Shown here: positions 1 through 15,000 of the stretch, in pieces
Layout of the letters: each line of letters starts with the position of its first letter
Position numbering within the stretch: position 1 is the stretch's first letter
Source: Eledone cirrhosa
Lineage: Eukaryota
Reading direction: 5' to 3'
Length of the DNA stretch: 64,000 nucleotides
Assembly (NCBI GenBank): GCA_964016885.1
Contig: OZ024744.1
Coordinates: 14,384,001-14,448,000, forward strand
Notes under the pieces: model-generated
Databases searched by the model: none
Told to the model about the DNA's origin: nothing
Seen by the model: only the letters and a program-made list of their open reading frames with translations
Program-made: the position numbers and the translations under genes

Positions 1-3000
1 ATGTCAATAGTTGCCCTGTGATCCCACCAGGATAGAAGCCCCGTACTAATCTATGTATGTTGTGACTTGATGTCAATAGTTTCCCTGTGATACCACCAGG
101 GTAGAAGCCCCATACTAATCTATGTTGTGACTTGATGTCAATAGTTTCCCTGTGATCTCACCAGGATAGAAGCCCCATACTAATCTATGTTGTGACTTGA
201 TGTCAATAGTTTCCCTGTGATCCCACCAGGATAGAAGCCCCATACTATTCTATGTTGTGACTGGATGTCAATAGTTTCCCTGTGATCCCACCAGGATAGA
301 AGCCCCATACTAATCTATGTTGTGACTTGATGTCAATAGTTGCACTGTGATCCCACCAGGGTAGAAGCCCCATACTAATCTATGTTGTGACTTGATGTCA
401 ATAGTTGCACTGTGATCCCACCAGGATAGAAGCCCCATACTAATCTATGTTATGACTTGATGTCAATAGTTTCCCTGTGATCCCACCAGGATAGAAGCCC
501 CATACTATTCTATGTTATGACTTGATGTCAAAAGTTTCCCTGTGATCCCACCAGGATAGAAGCCCCATACTAATCTATGTTGTGACTTGATGTCAATAGT
601 TTCCCTGTGATCCCAAGAGGATAGAAGCCCCATACTATTCTATGTTGTGACTTGATGTCAATAGTTTCCCTGTGATCCCACCAGGATAGAAGCCCCATAC
701 TATTCTATGTTGTGACTTGATGTCAATAGTTGCCCTGTGATCCCACCAGGGTAGAAGCCCCATACTAATCGCTGTATGTTGTGACTTGATGTCAATAGTT
801 TCCCTGTGATCCCACCAGGATAGAAGCCCCATACTAATCTATGTATGTTGTGACTTGATGTCAATAGTTGCACTGTGATCCCACCAGGATAGAAGCCCCA
901 TACTAATCTATGTATGTTGTGACTTGATGTCAATAGTTGCACTGTGATCCCACCAGGATAGAAGCCCCATACTAATCTCTGTATGTTGTGACTTGATGTC
1001 AATAGTTTCCCTGTGATCCCACCAGGATAGAAGCCCCATACTAATCTATGTTATGACTTGATGTCAATAGTTTCCCTGTGATCCCACCAGGATTGAAGCC
1101 CCATACTATTCTATGTTATGACTTGATGTCAATAGTTTCCCTGTAATCCCACCAGGATAGAAGCCCCATACTAATCTATGTTGTGACTTGATGTCAATAG
1201 TTGCACTGTGATCCCACCAGGATAGATGCCCCATACTAATCTATGTTATGACTTGATGTCAATAATTTCCCTGTGATCCCACCAGGATAGAAGCCCCATA
1301 CTAATCTATGTTATGACTTGATGTCAATAGTTTCCCTGTGATCCCACCAGGATAGAAGCCCCATACTAATCTATGTTGTGACTTGATGTCAATAGTTTCC
1401 CTGTGATCCCACCAGGATAGAAGCCCCATACTAATCTATGTTGTGACTTGATGTCAATAGTTTCCCTGTGATCCCACCAGGATAGAAGCCCCATACTAAT
1501 CTATGTTGTGACTTGATGTCAATAGTTTCCCTGTGATCCCACCAGGATAGAAGCCCCATACTAATCTATGTTGTGACTTGATGTCAATAGTTGCACTGTG
1601 ATCCCACCAGGATAGAAGCCGCATACTAATCTCTGTATGTTGTGACTTGATGTCAATAGTTGCACTGTAAACCCACCAGGATAGAAGCCCCATACTAATC
1701 TATGTTGTGACTTGATGTCAATAGTTTCCCTGTGATCCTACCAGGATAGAAGCCCCATACTATTCTATGTTGTGACTTGATGTCAATAGTTTCCCTGTGA
1801 TCCTACCAGGATAGAAGCCCCATACTATTCTATGTTGTGACTTGATGTCAATAGTTGCACTGTGATCCCACCAGGATAGAAGCCCCATACTAATCTCTGT
1901 ATGTTGTGACTTGATGTCAATAGTTTCCCTGTGATCCCACCAGGATAGAAGCCCCATACTAATCTCTGTATGTTGTGACTTGATGTCAATAGTTTCCCTG
2001 TGATCCCACCAGGATAGAAGCCCCATACTAATCTATGTATGTTGTGACTTGATGTCAATAGTTTCCCTGTGATCCCACCAGGATAGAAACCCCATACTAA
2101 TCTATGTTGTGACTTGATGTCAATAGTTGCACTGTGATCCCACCAGGGTAGAAGCCCCATACTAATCTCTGTATGTTGTGACTTGATGTCAATAGTTTCC
2201 CTGTGATCCCACCAGGGTGGAAGCACCATACTAATCGCTGTTGTGACTTGAAGTTCAATAGTTGCACTGTGATCCCACCAGGGTAGAAGCCCCATACTAA
2301 TCTATGTTGTGACTTGATGTCAATAGTTGCACTGTGATCCCCCCAGGATAGATGCCCCATACTAATCTATGTTGTGACTTTATGTCAATAGTTTCCCTGT
2401 GATCCCACCAGGATAGAAGCCCCATACTATTCTATGTTATGACTTGATGTCAATAGTTGCACTGTGATCCCACCAGGATAGAAGCCCCTTACTAATCTAT
2501 GTTATGACTTGATGTCAATAGTTTCCCTGTGATCTCACCAGGATAGAAGCCCGATACTAATCCATGTTGTGACTTGATGTCAATAGTTGCACTGTGATCC
2601 CACCAGGATAGAAGCCCCATACTAATCTATGTTGTGACTTGATGTCAATAGTTGCACTGTGATCCCACCAGGATAGAAGCCCCATACTATTCTATGTTGT
2701 GACTTGATGTCAATAGTTGCACTGTGATCCCACCAGGATAGAAGCCCTATACTATTCTATGTTGTGACTTGATGTCAATAGTTTCCCTGTGATCCCACCA
2801 GGATAGAAGCCCCATACTAATCTATGTTGTGACTTGATGTCAATAGTTTCCCTGTGATCCCACCAGGATAGAAGCCCCATACTAATCTATGTTGTGACTT
2901 GATGTCAATAGTTTCCCTGTGATACCACCAGGATAGAAGCCCCATACTAATCTATGTTGTGACTTGATGTCAATAGTTTCCCTGTGATCCCACCAGGATA

Positions 3001-6000
3001 GAAGCCCCATAATAATCTATGTTGTGACATGATGTCAATAGTTGCACTGTGATCCCACCAGGATAGAAGCCCCATACTAATCTATGTTGTGACTTGATGT
3101 CAATAGTTGCACTGTGATCCCACCAGGATAGAAGCCCCATACTAATCTATGTTGTGACTTGATGTCAATAGTTGCACTGTGATCCCACCAGGATAGAAGC
3201 CCCATACTAATCTATGTTGTGACTTGATGTCAATAGTTGCACTGTGATCCCACCAGGATAGAAGCCCCTTACTAATCTATGTTATGACTTGATGTCAATA
3301 GTTTCCCTGTGATCTCACCAGGATAGAAGCCCGATACTAATCCATGTTGTGACTTGATGTCAATAGTTGCACTGTGATCCCACCAGGATAGAAGCCCCAT
3401 ACTAATCTATGTTGTGACTTGATGTCAATAGTTGCACTGTGATCCCACCAGGATAGAAGCCCCATACTATTCTATGTTGTGACTTGATGTCAATAGTTGC
3501 ACTGTGATCCCACCAGGATAGAAGCCCTATACTATTCTATGTTGTGACTTGATGTCAATAGTTTCCCTGTGATCCCACCAGGATAGAAGCCCCATACTAA
3601 TCTATGTTGTGACTTGATGTCAATAGTTTCCCTGTGATCCCACCAGGATAGAAGCCCCATACTAATCTATGTTGTGACTTGATGTCAATAGTTTCCCTGT
3701 GATACCACCAGGATAGAAGCCCCATACTAATCTATGTTGTGACTTGATGTCAATAGTTTCCCTGTGATCCCACCAGGATAGAAGCCCCATAATAATCTAT
3801 GTTGTGACTTGATGTCAATAGTTGCACTGTGATCCCACCAGGATAGAAGCCCCATACTAATCTATGTTGTGACTTGATGTCAATAGTTGCACTGTGATCC
3901 CACCAGGATAGAAGCCCCATACTAATCTATGTTGTGACTTGATGTCAATAGTTGCACTGTGATCCCACCAGGATAGAAGCCCCATACTATTCTATGTTGT
4001 GACTTGATGTCAATAGTTGCCCTGTGATCCCACCAGGATAGAAGCCCCGTACTAATCTATGTATGTTGTGACTTGATGTCAATAGTTTCCCTGTGATACC
4101 ACCAGGGTAGAAGCCCCATACTAATCTATGTTGTGACTTGATGTCAATAGTTTCCCTGTGATCTCACCAGGATAGAAGCCCCATACTAATCTATGTTGTG
4201 ACTTGATGTCAATAGTTTCCCTGTGATCCCACCAGGATAGAAGCCCCATACTATTCTATGTTGTGACTGGATGTCAATAGTTTCCCTGTGATCCCACCAG
4301 GATAGAAGCCCCATACTAATCTATGTTGTGACTTGATGTCAATAGTTGCACTGTGATCCCACCAGGGTAGAAGCCCCATACTAATCTATGTTGTGACTTG
4401 ATGTCAATAGTTGCACTGTGATCCCACCAGGATAGAAGCCCCATACTAATCTATGTTATGACTTGATGTCAATAGTTTCCCTGTGATCCCACCAGGATAG
4501 AAGCCCCATACTATTCTATGTTATGACTTGATGTCAAAAGTTTCCCTGTGATCCCACCAGGATAGAAGCCCCATACTAATCTATGTTGTGACTTGATGTC
4601 AATAGTTTCCCTGTGATCCCAAGAGGATAGAAGCCCCATACTATTCTATGTTGTGACTTGATGTCAATAGTTTCCCTGTGATCCCACCAGGATAGAAGCC
4701 CCATACTATTCTATGTTGTGACTTGATGTCAATAGTTGCCCTGTGATCCCACCAGGGTAGAAGCCCCATACTAATCGCTGTATGTTGTGACTTGATGTCA
4801 ATAGTTTCCCTGTGATCCCACCAGGATAGAAGCCCCATACTAATCTATGTATGTTGTGACTTGATGTCAATAGTTGCACTGTGATCCCACCAGGATAGAA
4901 GCCCCATACTAATCTATGTATGTTGTGACTTGATGTCAATAGTTGCACTGTGATCCCACCAGGATAGAAGCCCCATACTAATCTCTGTATGTTGTGACTT
5001 GATGTCAATAGTTTCCCTGTGATCCCACCAGGATAGAAGCCCCATACTAATCTATGTTATGACTTGATGTCAATAGTTTCCCTGTGATCCCACCAGGATA
5101 GAAGCCCCATACTATTCTATGTTATGACTTGATGTCAATAGTTTCCCTGTAATCCCACCAGGATAGAAGCCCCATACTAATCTATGTTGTGACTTGATGT
5201 CAATAGTTGCACTGTGATCCCACCAGGATAGATGCCCCATACTAATCTATGTTATGACTTGATGTCAATAATTTCCCTGTGATCCCACCAGGATAGAAGC
5301 CCCATACTAATCTATGTTATGACTTGATGTCAATAGTTTCCCTGTGATCCCACCAGGATAGAAGCCCCATACTAATCTATGTTGTGACTTGATGTCAATA
5401 GTTTCCCTGTGATCCCACCAGGATAGAAGCCCCATACTAATCTATGTTGTGACTTGATGTCAATAGTTTCCCTGTGATCCCACCAGGATAGAAGCCCCAT
5501 ACTAATCTATGTTGTGACTTGATGTCAATAGTTTCCCTGTGATCCCACCAGGATAGAAGCCCCATACTAATCTATGTTGTGACTTGATGTCAATAGTTGC
5601 ACTGTGATCCCACCAGGATAGAAGCCGCATACTAATCTCTGTATGTTGTGACTTGATGTCAATAGTTGCACTGTAATCCCACCAGGATAGAAGCCCCATA
5701 CTAATCTATGTTGTGACTTGATGTCAATAGTTTCCCTGTGATCCTACCAGGATAGAAGCCCCATACTATTCTATGTTGTGACTTGATGTCAATAGTTTCC
5801 CTGTGATCCTACCAGGATAGAAGCCCCATACTATTCTATGTTGTGACTTGATGTCAATAGTTGCACTGTGATCCCACCAGGATAGAAGCCCCATACTAAT
5901 CTCTGTATGTTGTGACTTGATGTCAATAGTTTCCCTGTGATCCCACCAGGATAGAAGCCCCATACTAATCTCTGTATGTTGTGACTTGATGTCAATAGTT

Positions 6001-9000
6001 TCCCTGTGATCCCACCAGGATAGAAGCCCCATACTAATCTATGTATGTTGTGACTTGATGTCAATAGTTTCCCTGTGATCCCACCAGGATAGAAGCCCCA
6101 TACTAATCTATGTTGTGACTTGATGTCAATAGTTGCACTGTGATCCCACCAGGGTAGAAGCCCCATACTAATCTCTGTATGTTGTGACTTGATGTCAATA
6201 GTTTCCCTGTGATCCCACCAGGGTGGAAGCACCATACTAATCGCTGTTGTGACTTGAAGTTCAATAGTTGCACTGTGATCCCACCAGGGTAGAAGCCCCA
6301 TACTAATCTATGTTGTGACTTGATGTCAATAGTTGCACTGTGATCCCCCCAGGATAGATGCCCCATACTAATCTATGTTGTGACTTTATGTCAATAGTTT
6401 CCCTGTGATCCCACCAGGATAGAAGCCCCATACTATTCTATGTTATGACTTGATGTCAATAGTTGCACTGTGATCCCACCAGGATAGAAGCCCCTTACTA
6501 ATCTATGTTATGACTTGATGTCAATAGTTTCCCTGTGATCTCACCAGGATAGAAGCCCGATACTAATCCATGTTGTGACTTGATGTCAATAGTTGCACTG
6601 TGATCCCACCAGGATAGAAGCCCCATACTAATCTATGTTGTGACTTGATGTCAATAGTTGCACTGTGATCCCACCAGGATAGAAGCCCCATACTATTCTA
6701 TGTTGTGACTTGATGTCAATAGTTGCACTGTGATCCCACCAGGATAGAAGCCCTATACTATTCTATGTTGTGACTTGATGTCAATAGTTTCCCTGTGATC
6801 CCACCAGGATAGAAGCCCCATACTAATCTATGTTGTGACTTGATGTCAATAGTTTCCCTGTGATCCCACCAGGATAGAAGCCCCATACTAATCTATGTTG
6901 TGACTTGATGTCAATAGTTTCCCTGTGATACCACCAGGATAGAAGCCCCATACTAATCTATGTTGTGACTTGATGTCAATAGTTTCCCTGTGATCCCACC
7001 AGGATAGAAGCCCCATAATAATCTATGTTGTGACTTGATGTCAATAGTTGCACTGTGATCCCACCAGGATAGAAGCCCCATACTAATCTATGTTGTGACT
7101 TGATGTCAATAGTTGCACTGTGATCCCACCAGGATAGAAGCCCCATACTAATCTCTGTATGTTGTGACTTGATGTCAATAGTTGCACTGTGATCCCACCA
7201 GGATAGAAGCCCCATACTATTCTATGTTGTGACTTGATGTCAATAGTTTCCCTGTGATCCCACCAGGGTAGAAGCCCCATACTAATCTATGTTGTGACTT
7301 GATGTCAATAGTTGCACTGTGATCCCACCAGGATAGAAGCCCCATACTAATCTATGTTGTGACTTGATGTCAATAGTTTCCCTGTGATCCCACCAGGATA
7401 GAAGCCCCATACTATTCTATGTTGTGACTTGATGTCAATAGTTTCCCTGTGATCCCACGAGGGGAGAAGCCCCATACTAATCTATGTTGTGACTTGATGT
7501 CAATAGTTTCCCTGCGATTCCACCAGGATAGAAGCCCCATACTAATTTATGTTGTGACTTGATGTCAATAGTTTCCCTGTGATCCCTCCAGGATAGAAGC
7601 CCCATACTATTCTATGTTGTGACTTGATGTCAATAGTTTCCCTGTGATCCCGCCAGGATAGAAGCCCCATACTATTCTATGTTGTGACTTGATGTCAATA
7701 GTTTCCCTGTGATCCCACCAGGATAGAAGCCCCATACTAATCTATGTTGTGACTTGATGTCAATAGTTGCACTGTGATCCCACCAGGGTAGAAGCCCCAT
7801 ACTAATCTATGTTGTGACTTGATGTCAATAGTTGCACTGTGATCCCACCAGGATAGAAGCCCCATACTAATCTATGTTATGACTTGATGTCAATAGTTTC
7901 CCTGTGATCCCACCAGAATAGAAGCCCCATACTATTCTATGTTATGACTTGATGGCAATAGTTTCCCTGTGATCCCACCAGGATAGATGCCCCATACTAA
8001 TCTATGTTGTGACTTGATGTCAATAGTTGCCCTGTGATCCCACCAGGATAGAAGCCCCATTCTAATCTAGGTATGTTGTGACTTGATGTCAATAGTTGCA
8101 CTGTGATCCTACCAGGATAGAAGCCCCATACTAATCTATGTTGTGACTTAATGTCAATAGTTTCCCTGTGATCCCACCAGGATAGAAGCCCCATACTAAT
8201 CTATGTATGTTGTGACTTGATGTCAATAGTTGCACTGTGATCCCACCAGGATAGAAGCCCCATACTAATCTATGTATGTTGTGACTTGATGTCAATAGTT
8301 GCACTGTGATCCCACCAGGATAGAAGCCCCATACTAATCTCTGTATGTTGTGACTTGATGTCAATAGTTTCCCTGTGATCCCACCAGGATAGAAGCCCCA
8401 TACTAATCTATGTTATGACTTGATGTCAATAGTTTCCCTGTGATCCCACCAGGATAGAAGCCCCATACTATTCTATGTTATGACTTGATGTCAATAGTTT
8501 CCCTGTAATCCCACCAGGATAGAAGCCCCATACTAATCTATGTTGTGACTTGATGTCAATAGTTGCACTGTGATCCCACCAGGATAGATGCCCCATACTA
8601 ATCTATGTTATGACTTGATGTCAATAATTTCCCTGTGATCCCACCAGGATAGAAGCCCCATACTAATCTATGTTATGACTTGATGTCAATAGTTTCCCTG
8701 TGATCCCACCAGGATAGAAGCCCCATACTAATCTATGTTTTGACTTGATGTCAATAGTTTCCCTGTGATCCCACCAGGATAGAAGCCCCATACTAATCTA
8801 TGTTGTGACTTGATGTCAATAGTTTCCCTGTGATCCCACCAGGATAGAAGCCCCATACTAATCTATGTTGTGACTTGATGTCAATAGTTTCCCTGTGATC
8901 CCACCAGGATAGAAGCCCCATACTAATCTATGTTGTGACTTGATGTCAATAGTTGCACTGTGATCCCACCAGGATAGAAGCCGCATACTAATCTCTGTAT

Positions 9001-12000
9001 GTTGTGACTTGATGTCAATAGTTGCACTGTAATCCCACCAGGATAGAAGCCCCATACTAATCTATGTTGTGACTTGATGTCAATAGTTTCCCTGTGATCC
9101 TACCAGGATAGAAGCCCCATACTATTCTATGTTGTGACTTGATGTCAATAGTTTCCCTGTGATCCTACCAGGATAGAAGCCCCATACTATTCTATGTTGT
9201 GACTTGATGTCAATAGTTGCACTGTGATCCCACCAGGATAGAAGCCCCATACTAATCTCTGTATGTTGTGACTTGATGTCAATAGTTTCCCTGTGATCCC
9301 ACCAGGATAGAAGCCCCATACTAATCACTGTATGTTGTGACTTGATGTCAATAGTTTCCCTGTGATCCCACCAGGATAGAAGCCCCATACTAATCTATGT
9401 ATGTTGTGACTTGATGTCAATAGTTTCCCTGTGATCCCACCAGGATAGAAGCCCCATACTAATCTATGTTGTGACTTGATGTCAATAGTTGCACTGTGAT
9501 CCCACCAGGGTAGAAGCCCCATACTAATCTCTGTATGTTGTGACTTGATGTCAATAGTTTCCCTGTGATCCCACCAGGGTGGAAGCACCATACTAATCGC
9601 TGTTGTGACTTGAAGTTCAATAGTTGCACTGTGATCCCACCAGGGTAGAAGCCCCATACTAATCTATGTTGTGACTTGATGTCAATAGTTGCACTGTGAT
9701 CCCCCCAGGATAGATGCCCCATACTAATCTATGTTGTGACTTTATGTCAATAGTTTCCCTGTGATCCCACCAGGATAGAAGCCCCATACTATTCTATGTT
9801 ATGACTTGATGTCAATAGTTGCACTGTGATCCCACCAGGATAGAAGCCCCTTACTAATCTATGTTATGACTTGATGTCAATAGTTTCCCTGTGATCTCAC
9901 CAGGATAGAAGCCCGATACTAATCCATGTTGTGACTTGATGTCAATAGTTGCACTGTGATCCCACCAGGATAGAAGCCCCATACTAATCTATGTTGTGAC
10001 TTGATGTCAATAGTTGCACTGTGATCCCACCAGGATAGAAGCCCCATACTATTCTATGTTGTGACTTGATGTCAATAGTTGCACTGTGATCCCACCAGGA
10101 TAGAAGCCCTATACTATTCTATGTTGTGACTTGATGTCAATAGTTTCCCTGTGATCCCACCAGGATAGAAGCCCCATACTAATCTATGTTGTGACTTGAT
10201 GTCAATAGTTTCCCTGTGATCCCACCAGGATAGAAGCCCCATACTAATCTATGTTGTGACTTGATGTCAATAGTTTCCCTGTGATACCACCAGGATAGAA
10301 GCCCCATACTAATCTATGTTGTGACTTGATGTCAATAGTTTCACTGTGATCCCACCAGGATAGAAGCCCCATAATAATCTATGTTGTGACTTGATGTCAA
10401 TAGTTGCACTGTGATCCCACCAGGATAGAAGCCCCATACTAATCTATGTTGTGACTTGATGTCAATAGTTGCACTGTGATCCCACCAGGATAGAAGCCCC
10501 ATACTAATCTATGTTGTGACTTGATGTCAATAGTTGCACTGTGATCCCACCAGGATAGAAGCCCCATACTATTCTATGTTGTGACTTGATGTCAATAGTT
10601 GCCCTGTGATCCCACCAGGATAGAAGCCCCGTACTAATCTATGTATGTTGTGACTTGATGTCAATAGTTTCCCTGTGATCCCACCAGGATAGAAGCCCCA
10701 TACTAATCTCTGTATGTTGTGACTTGATGTCAATAGTTGCACTGTGATCCCACCAGGATAGAAGCCCCATACTATTCTATGTTGTGACTTGATGTCAATA
10801 GTTTCCCTGTGATCCCACCAGGGTAGAAGCCCCATACTAATCTATGTTGTGACTTGATGTCAATAGTTGCACTGTGATCCCACCAGGATAGAAGCCCCAT
10901 ACTAATCTATGTTGTGACTTGATGTCAATAGTTTCCCTGTGATCCCACCAGGATAGAAGCCCCATACTATTCTATGTTGTGACTTGATGTCAATAGTTTC
11001 CCTGTGATCCCACGAGGGGAGAAGCCCCATACTAATCTATGTTGTGACTTGATGTCAATAGTTTCCCTGTGATTCCACCAGGATAGAAGCCCCATACTAA
11101 TTTATGTTGTGACTTGATGTCAATAGTTTCCCTGTGATCCCACCAGGATAGAAGCCCCATACTATTCTATGTTGTGACTTGATGTCAATAGTTTCCCTGT
11201 GATCCCGCCAGGATAGAAGCCCCATACTATTCTATGTTGTGACTTGATGTCAATAGTTTCCCTGTGATCCCACCAGGATAGAAGCCCCATACTAATCTAT
11301 GTTGTGACTTGATGTCAATAGTTGCACTGTGATCCCACCAGGGTAGAAGCCCCATACTAATCTATGTTGTGACTTGATGTCAATAGTTGCACTGTGATCC
11401 CACCAGGATAGAAGCCCCATACTAATCTATGTTATGACTTGATGTCAATAGTTTCCCTGTGATCCCACCAGAATAGAAGCCACATACTATTCTATGTTAT
11501 GACTTGATGGCAATAGTTTCCCTGTGATCCCACCAGGATAGATGCCCCATACTAATCTATGTTGTGACTTGATGTCAATAGTTGCCCTGTGATCCCACCA
11601 GGATAGAAGCCCCATTCTAATCTAGGTATGTTGTGACTTGATGTCAATAGTTGCACTGTGATCCCACCAGGATAGAAGCCCCATACTAATCTATGTTGTG
11701 ACTTAATGTCAATAGTTTCCCTGTGATCCCACCAGGATAGAAGCCCCATACTAATCTATGTTGTGACTTGATGTCAATAGTTTCCCTGTGATCCCACCAG
11801 GATAGAAGCCCCATACTAATCTATGTTGTGACTTGATGTCAATAGTTGCACTGTGATCCCACCAGGATAGAAGCCCCATACTAATCTATGTTGTGACTTG
11901 ATGTCAATAGTTTCCCTGTGATCCTACCAGGATAGAAGCCCCATACTATTCTATGTTGTGACTTGATGTCAATAGTTGCCCTGTGATCCCACCAGGGTAG

Positions 12001-15000
12001 AAGCCCCATACTAATCTCTGTATGTTGTGACTTGATTTCAATAGTTTCCCTGTGATCCCACCAGGATAGAAGCCCCATACTAATCTATGTATGTTGTGAC
12101 TTGATGTCAATAGTTTCCCTGTGATCCCACCAGGATAGAAGCCCCATACTAATCTATGTATGTTGTGACTTGATGTCAATAGTTGCACTATGATCCCATC
12201 AGGATAGAAGCCCCATACTATTCTATGTTGTGACTTGATGTCAATAGTTTCCCTGTGATCCCACCAGGGTAGAAGCCCCATACTAATCTATGTTGTGACT
12301 TGATGTCAATAGTTGCACTGTGATCCCACCAGGATAGAAGCCCCATACTAATCTATGTTGTGACTTGATGTCAATAGTTTCCCTGTGATCCCACCAGGAT
12401 AGAAGCCCCATACTATTCTATGTTGTGACTTGATGTCAATAGTTTCCCTGTGATCCCACCAGGGTACAAGCCCCATACTAATCTATGTTGTGACTTGATG
12501 TCAATAGTTTCCCTGTGATCCCACCAGGATAGAAGCCCCATACTAATCTATGTTGTGACTTGATGTCAATAGTTTCCCTGTGATCCCACCAGGATAGAAG
12601 CCCCATACTATTCTATGTTGTGACTTGATGTCAATAGTTTCCCTGTGATCCCACCAGGATAGAAGCCCCATACTAATCTATGTTGTGACTTGATGTCAAT
12701 AGTTGCACTGTGATCCCACCAGGCTAGAAGCCCCATACTAATCTATGTTGTGACTTGATGTCAATAGTTGCACTGTGATCCCACCAGGATAGAAGCCCCA
12801 TACTAATCTATGTTATGACTTGATGTCAATAGTTTCCCTGTGATCCCACCAGGATAGAAGCCCCATACTATTCTATGTTATGACTTGATGTCAATAGTTT
12901 CCCTGTGATCCCACCAGGATAGAAGCCCCATACTAATCTATGTTGTGACTTGATGTCAATAGTTTCCCTGTGATCCCACCAGGATAGAAGCCCCATGCTA
13001 TTCTATGTTGTGACTTGATGTCAATAGTTGCCCTGTGATCCCACCAGGATAGAAGCCCCATACTAATCTATGTATGTTGTGACTTGATGTCAATAGTTGC
13101 ACTGTGATCCCACCAGGATAGAAGCCCCATACTAATCTCTGTATGTTGTGACTTGATGTCAATAGTTTCCCTGTGATCCCACCAGGATAGAAGCCCCATA
13201 CTAATCTATGTTGTGACTTGATGTCAATAGTTGCACTGTGATCCCACCAGGATAGATGCCCCATACTAATCTATGTTATGACTTGATGTCAATAGTTTCC
13301 CTGTGATCCCACCAGGATAGAAGCCCCATACTAATCTATGTTATGACTTGATGTCAATAGTTTCCCTGTGATCCCACCAGGATAGAAGCCCCATACTAAT
13401 CTATGTTATGACTTGATGTCAATAGTTTCCCTGTGATCCCACCAGGATAGAAGCCCCATACTAATTTATGTTGTGACTTGATGTCAATAGTTTCCCTGTG
13501 ATCCCACCAGGATAGAAGCCCCATACTAATCTATGTTATGACTTGATGTCAATAGTTTCCCTGTGATCCCACCAGGATAGAAGCCCCATACTAATCTATG
13601 TTATGACTTGATGTCAATAGTTTCCCTGTGATCCCACCAGGATAGAAGCCCCATACTAATCTATGTTGTGACTTGATGTCAATAGTTGCACTGTGATCCC
13701 ACCAGGATAGAAGCCCCATACTAATCTATGTTGTGACTTGATGTCAATAGTTGCACTGTGATCCCACCAGGATAGAAGCCCCATACTAATCTATGTTGTG
13801 ACTTGATGTCAATAGTTTCCCTGTGATCCCACCAGGATAGAAGCCCCATACTATTCTATGTTGTGACTTGATGTCAATAGTTTCCCTGTGATCCCACCAG
13901 GATAGAAGCCCCATACTATTCTATGTTGTGACTTGATGTCAATAGTCTCCCTGTGATCCCACCAGGATAGAAGCCCCATACTAATCTATGTTGTAACTTG
14001 CTGTCAATAGTTGCACTGTGATCCCACCAGGGTAGAAGCCCCATACTAATCTATGTTGTGACTTGATGTCAATAGTTGCACTGTGATCCCACCAGGATAG
14101 AAGCCCCATACTAATCTATGTTATGACTTGATGTCAATAGTTTCCCTGTGATCCCACCAGGATAGAAGCCCCATACTATTCTATGTTATGACTTGATGTC
14201 AATAGTTTCCCTGTGATCCCACCAGGATAGAAGCCCTATACTAATCTATGTTGTGACTTGATGTCAATAGTTTCCCTGTGATCCCACCAGGATAGAAGCC
14301 CCATACTATTCTATGTTGTGACCTGATGTCAATAGTTGCCCTGTGATCCCACCAGGGTAGAAGCCCCATACTAATCTCTGTATGTTGTGACTTGATGTCA
14401 ATAGTTTCCCTGTGATCCCACCAGGATAGAAGCCCCATACTAATCTATGTATGTTGTGACTTGATGTCAATAGTTGCACTGTGATCCCACCAGGATAAAA
14501 GCCCCATACTAATCTATGTTGTGACTTGATGTCAATAGTTTCCCTGTGATCCCACCAGGATAGAAGCCCCATACTAATCTATGTTGTGACTTGATGTTAA
14601 TAGTTTCCCTGTGATCCCACCAGGATAGAAGCCCCATACTAATCTATGTTGTGACTTGATGTCAATAGTTGCACTGTGATCCCACCAGGATAGAAGCTCC
14701 ATACTAATCTATGTTGTGACTTGATGTCAATAGTTTCCCTGTGATCCTACCAGGATAGAAGCCCCATACTATTCTATGTTGTGACTTGATGTCAATAGTT
14801 GCCCTGTGATCCCACCAGGGTAGAAGCCCCATACTAATCTCTGTATGTTGTGACTTGATGTCAATAGTTTCCCTGTGATCCCACCAGGATAGAAGCCCCA
14901 TACTAATCTATGTTGTGACTTGATGTCAATAGTTTCCCTGTGATCCCACCAGGATAGAAGCCCCATACTAATCTATGTTATGACTTGATGTCAATAGTTT

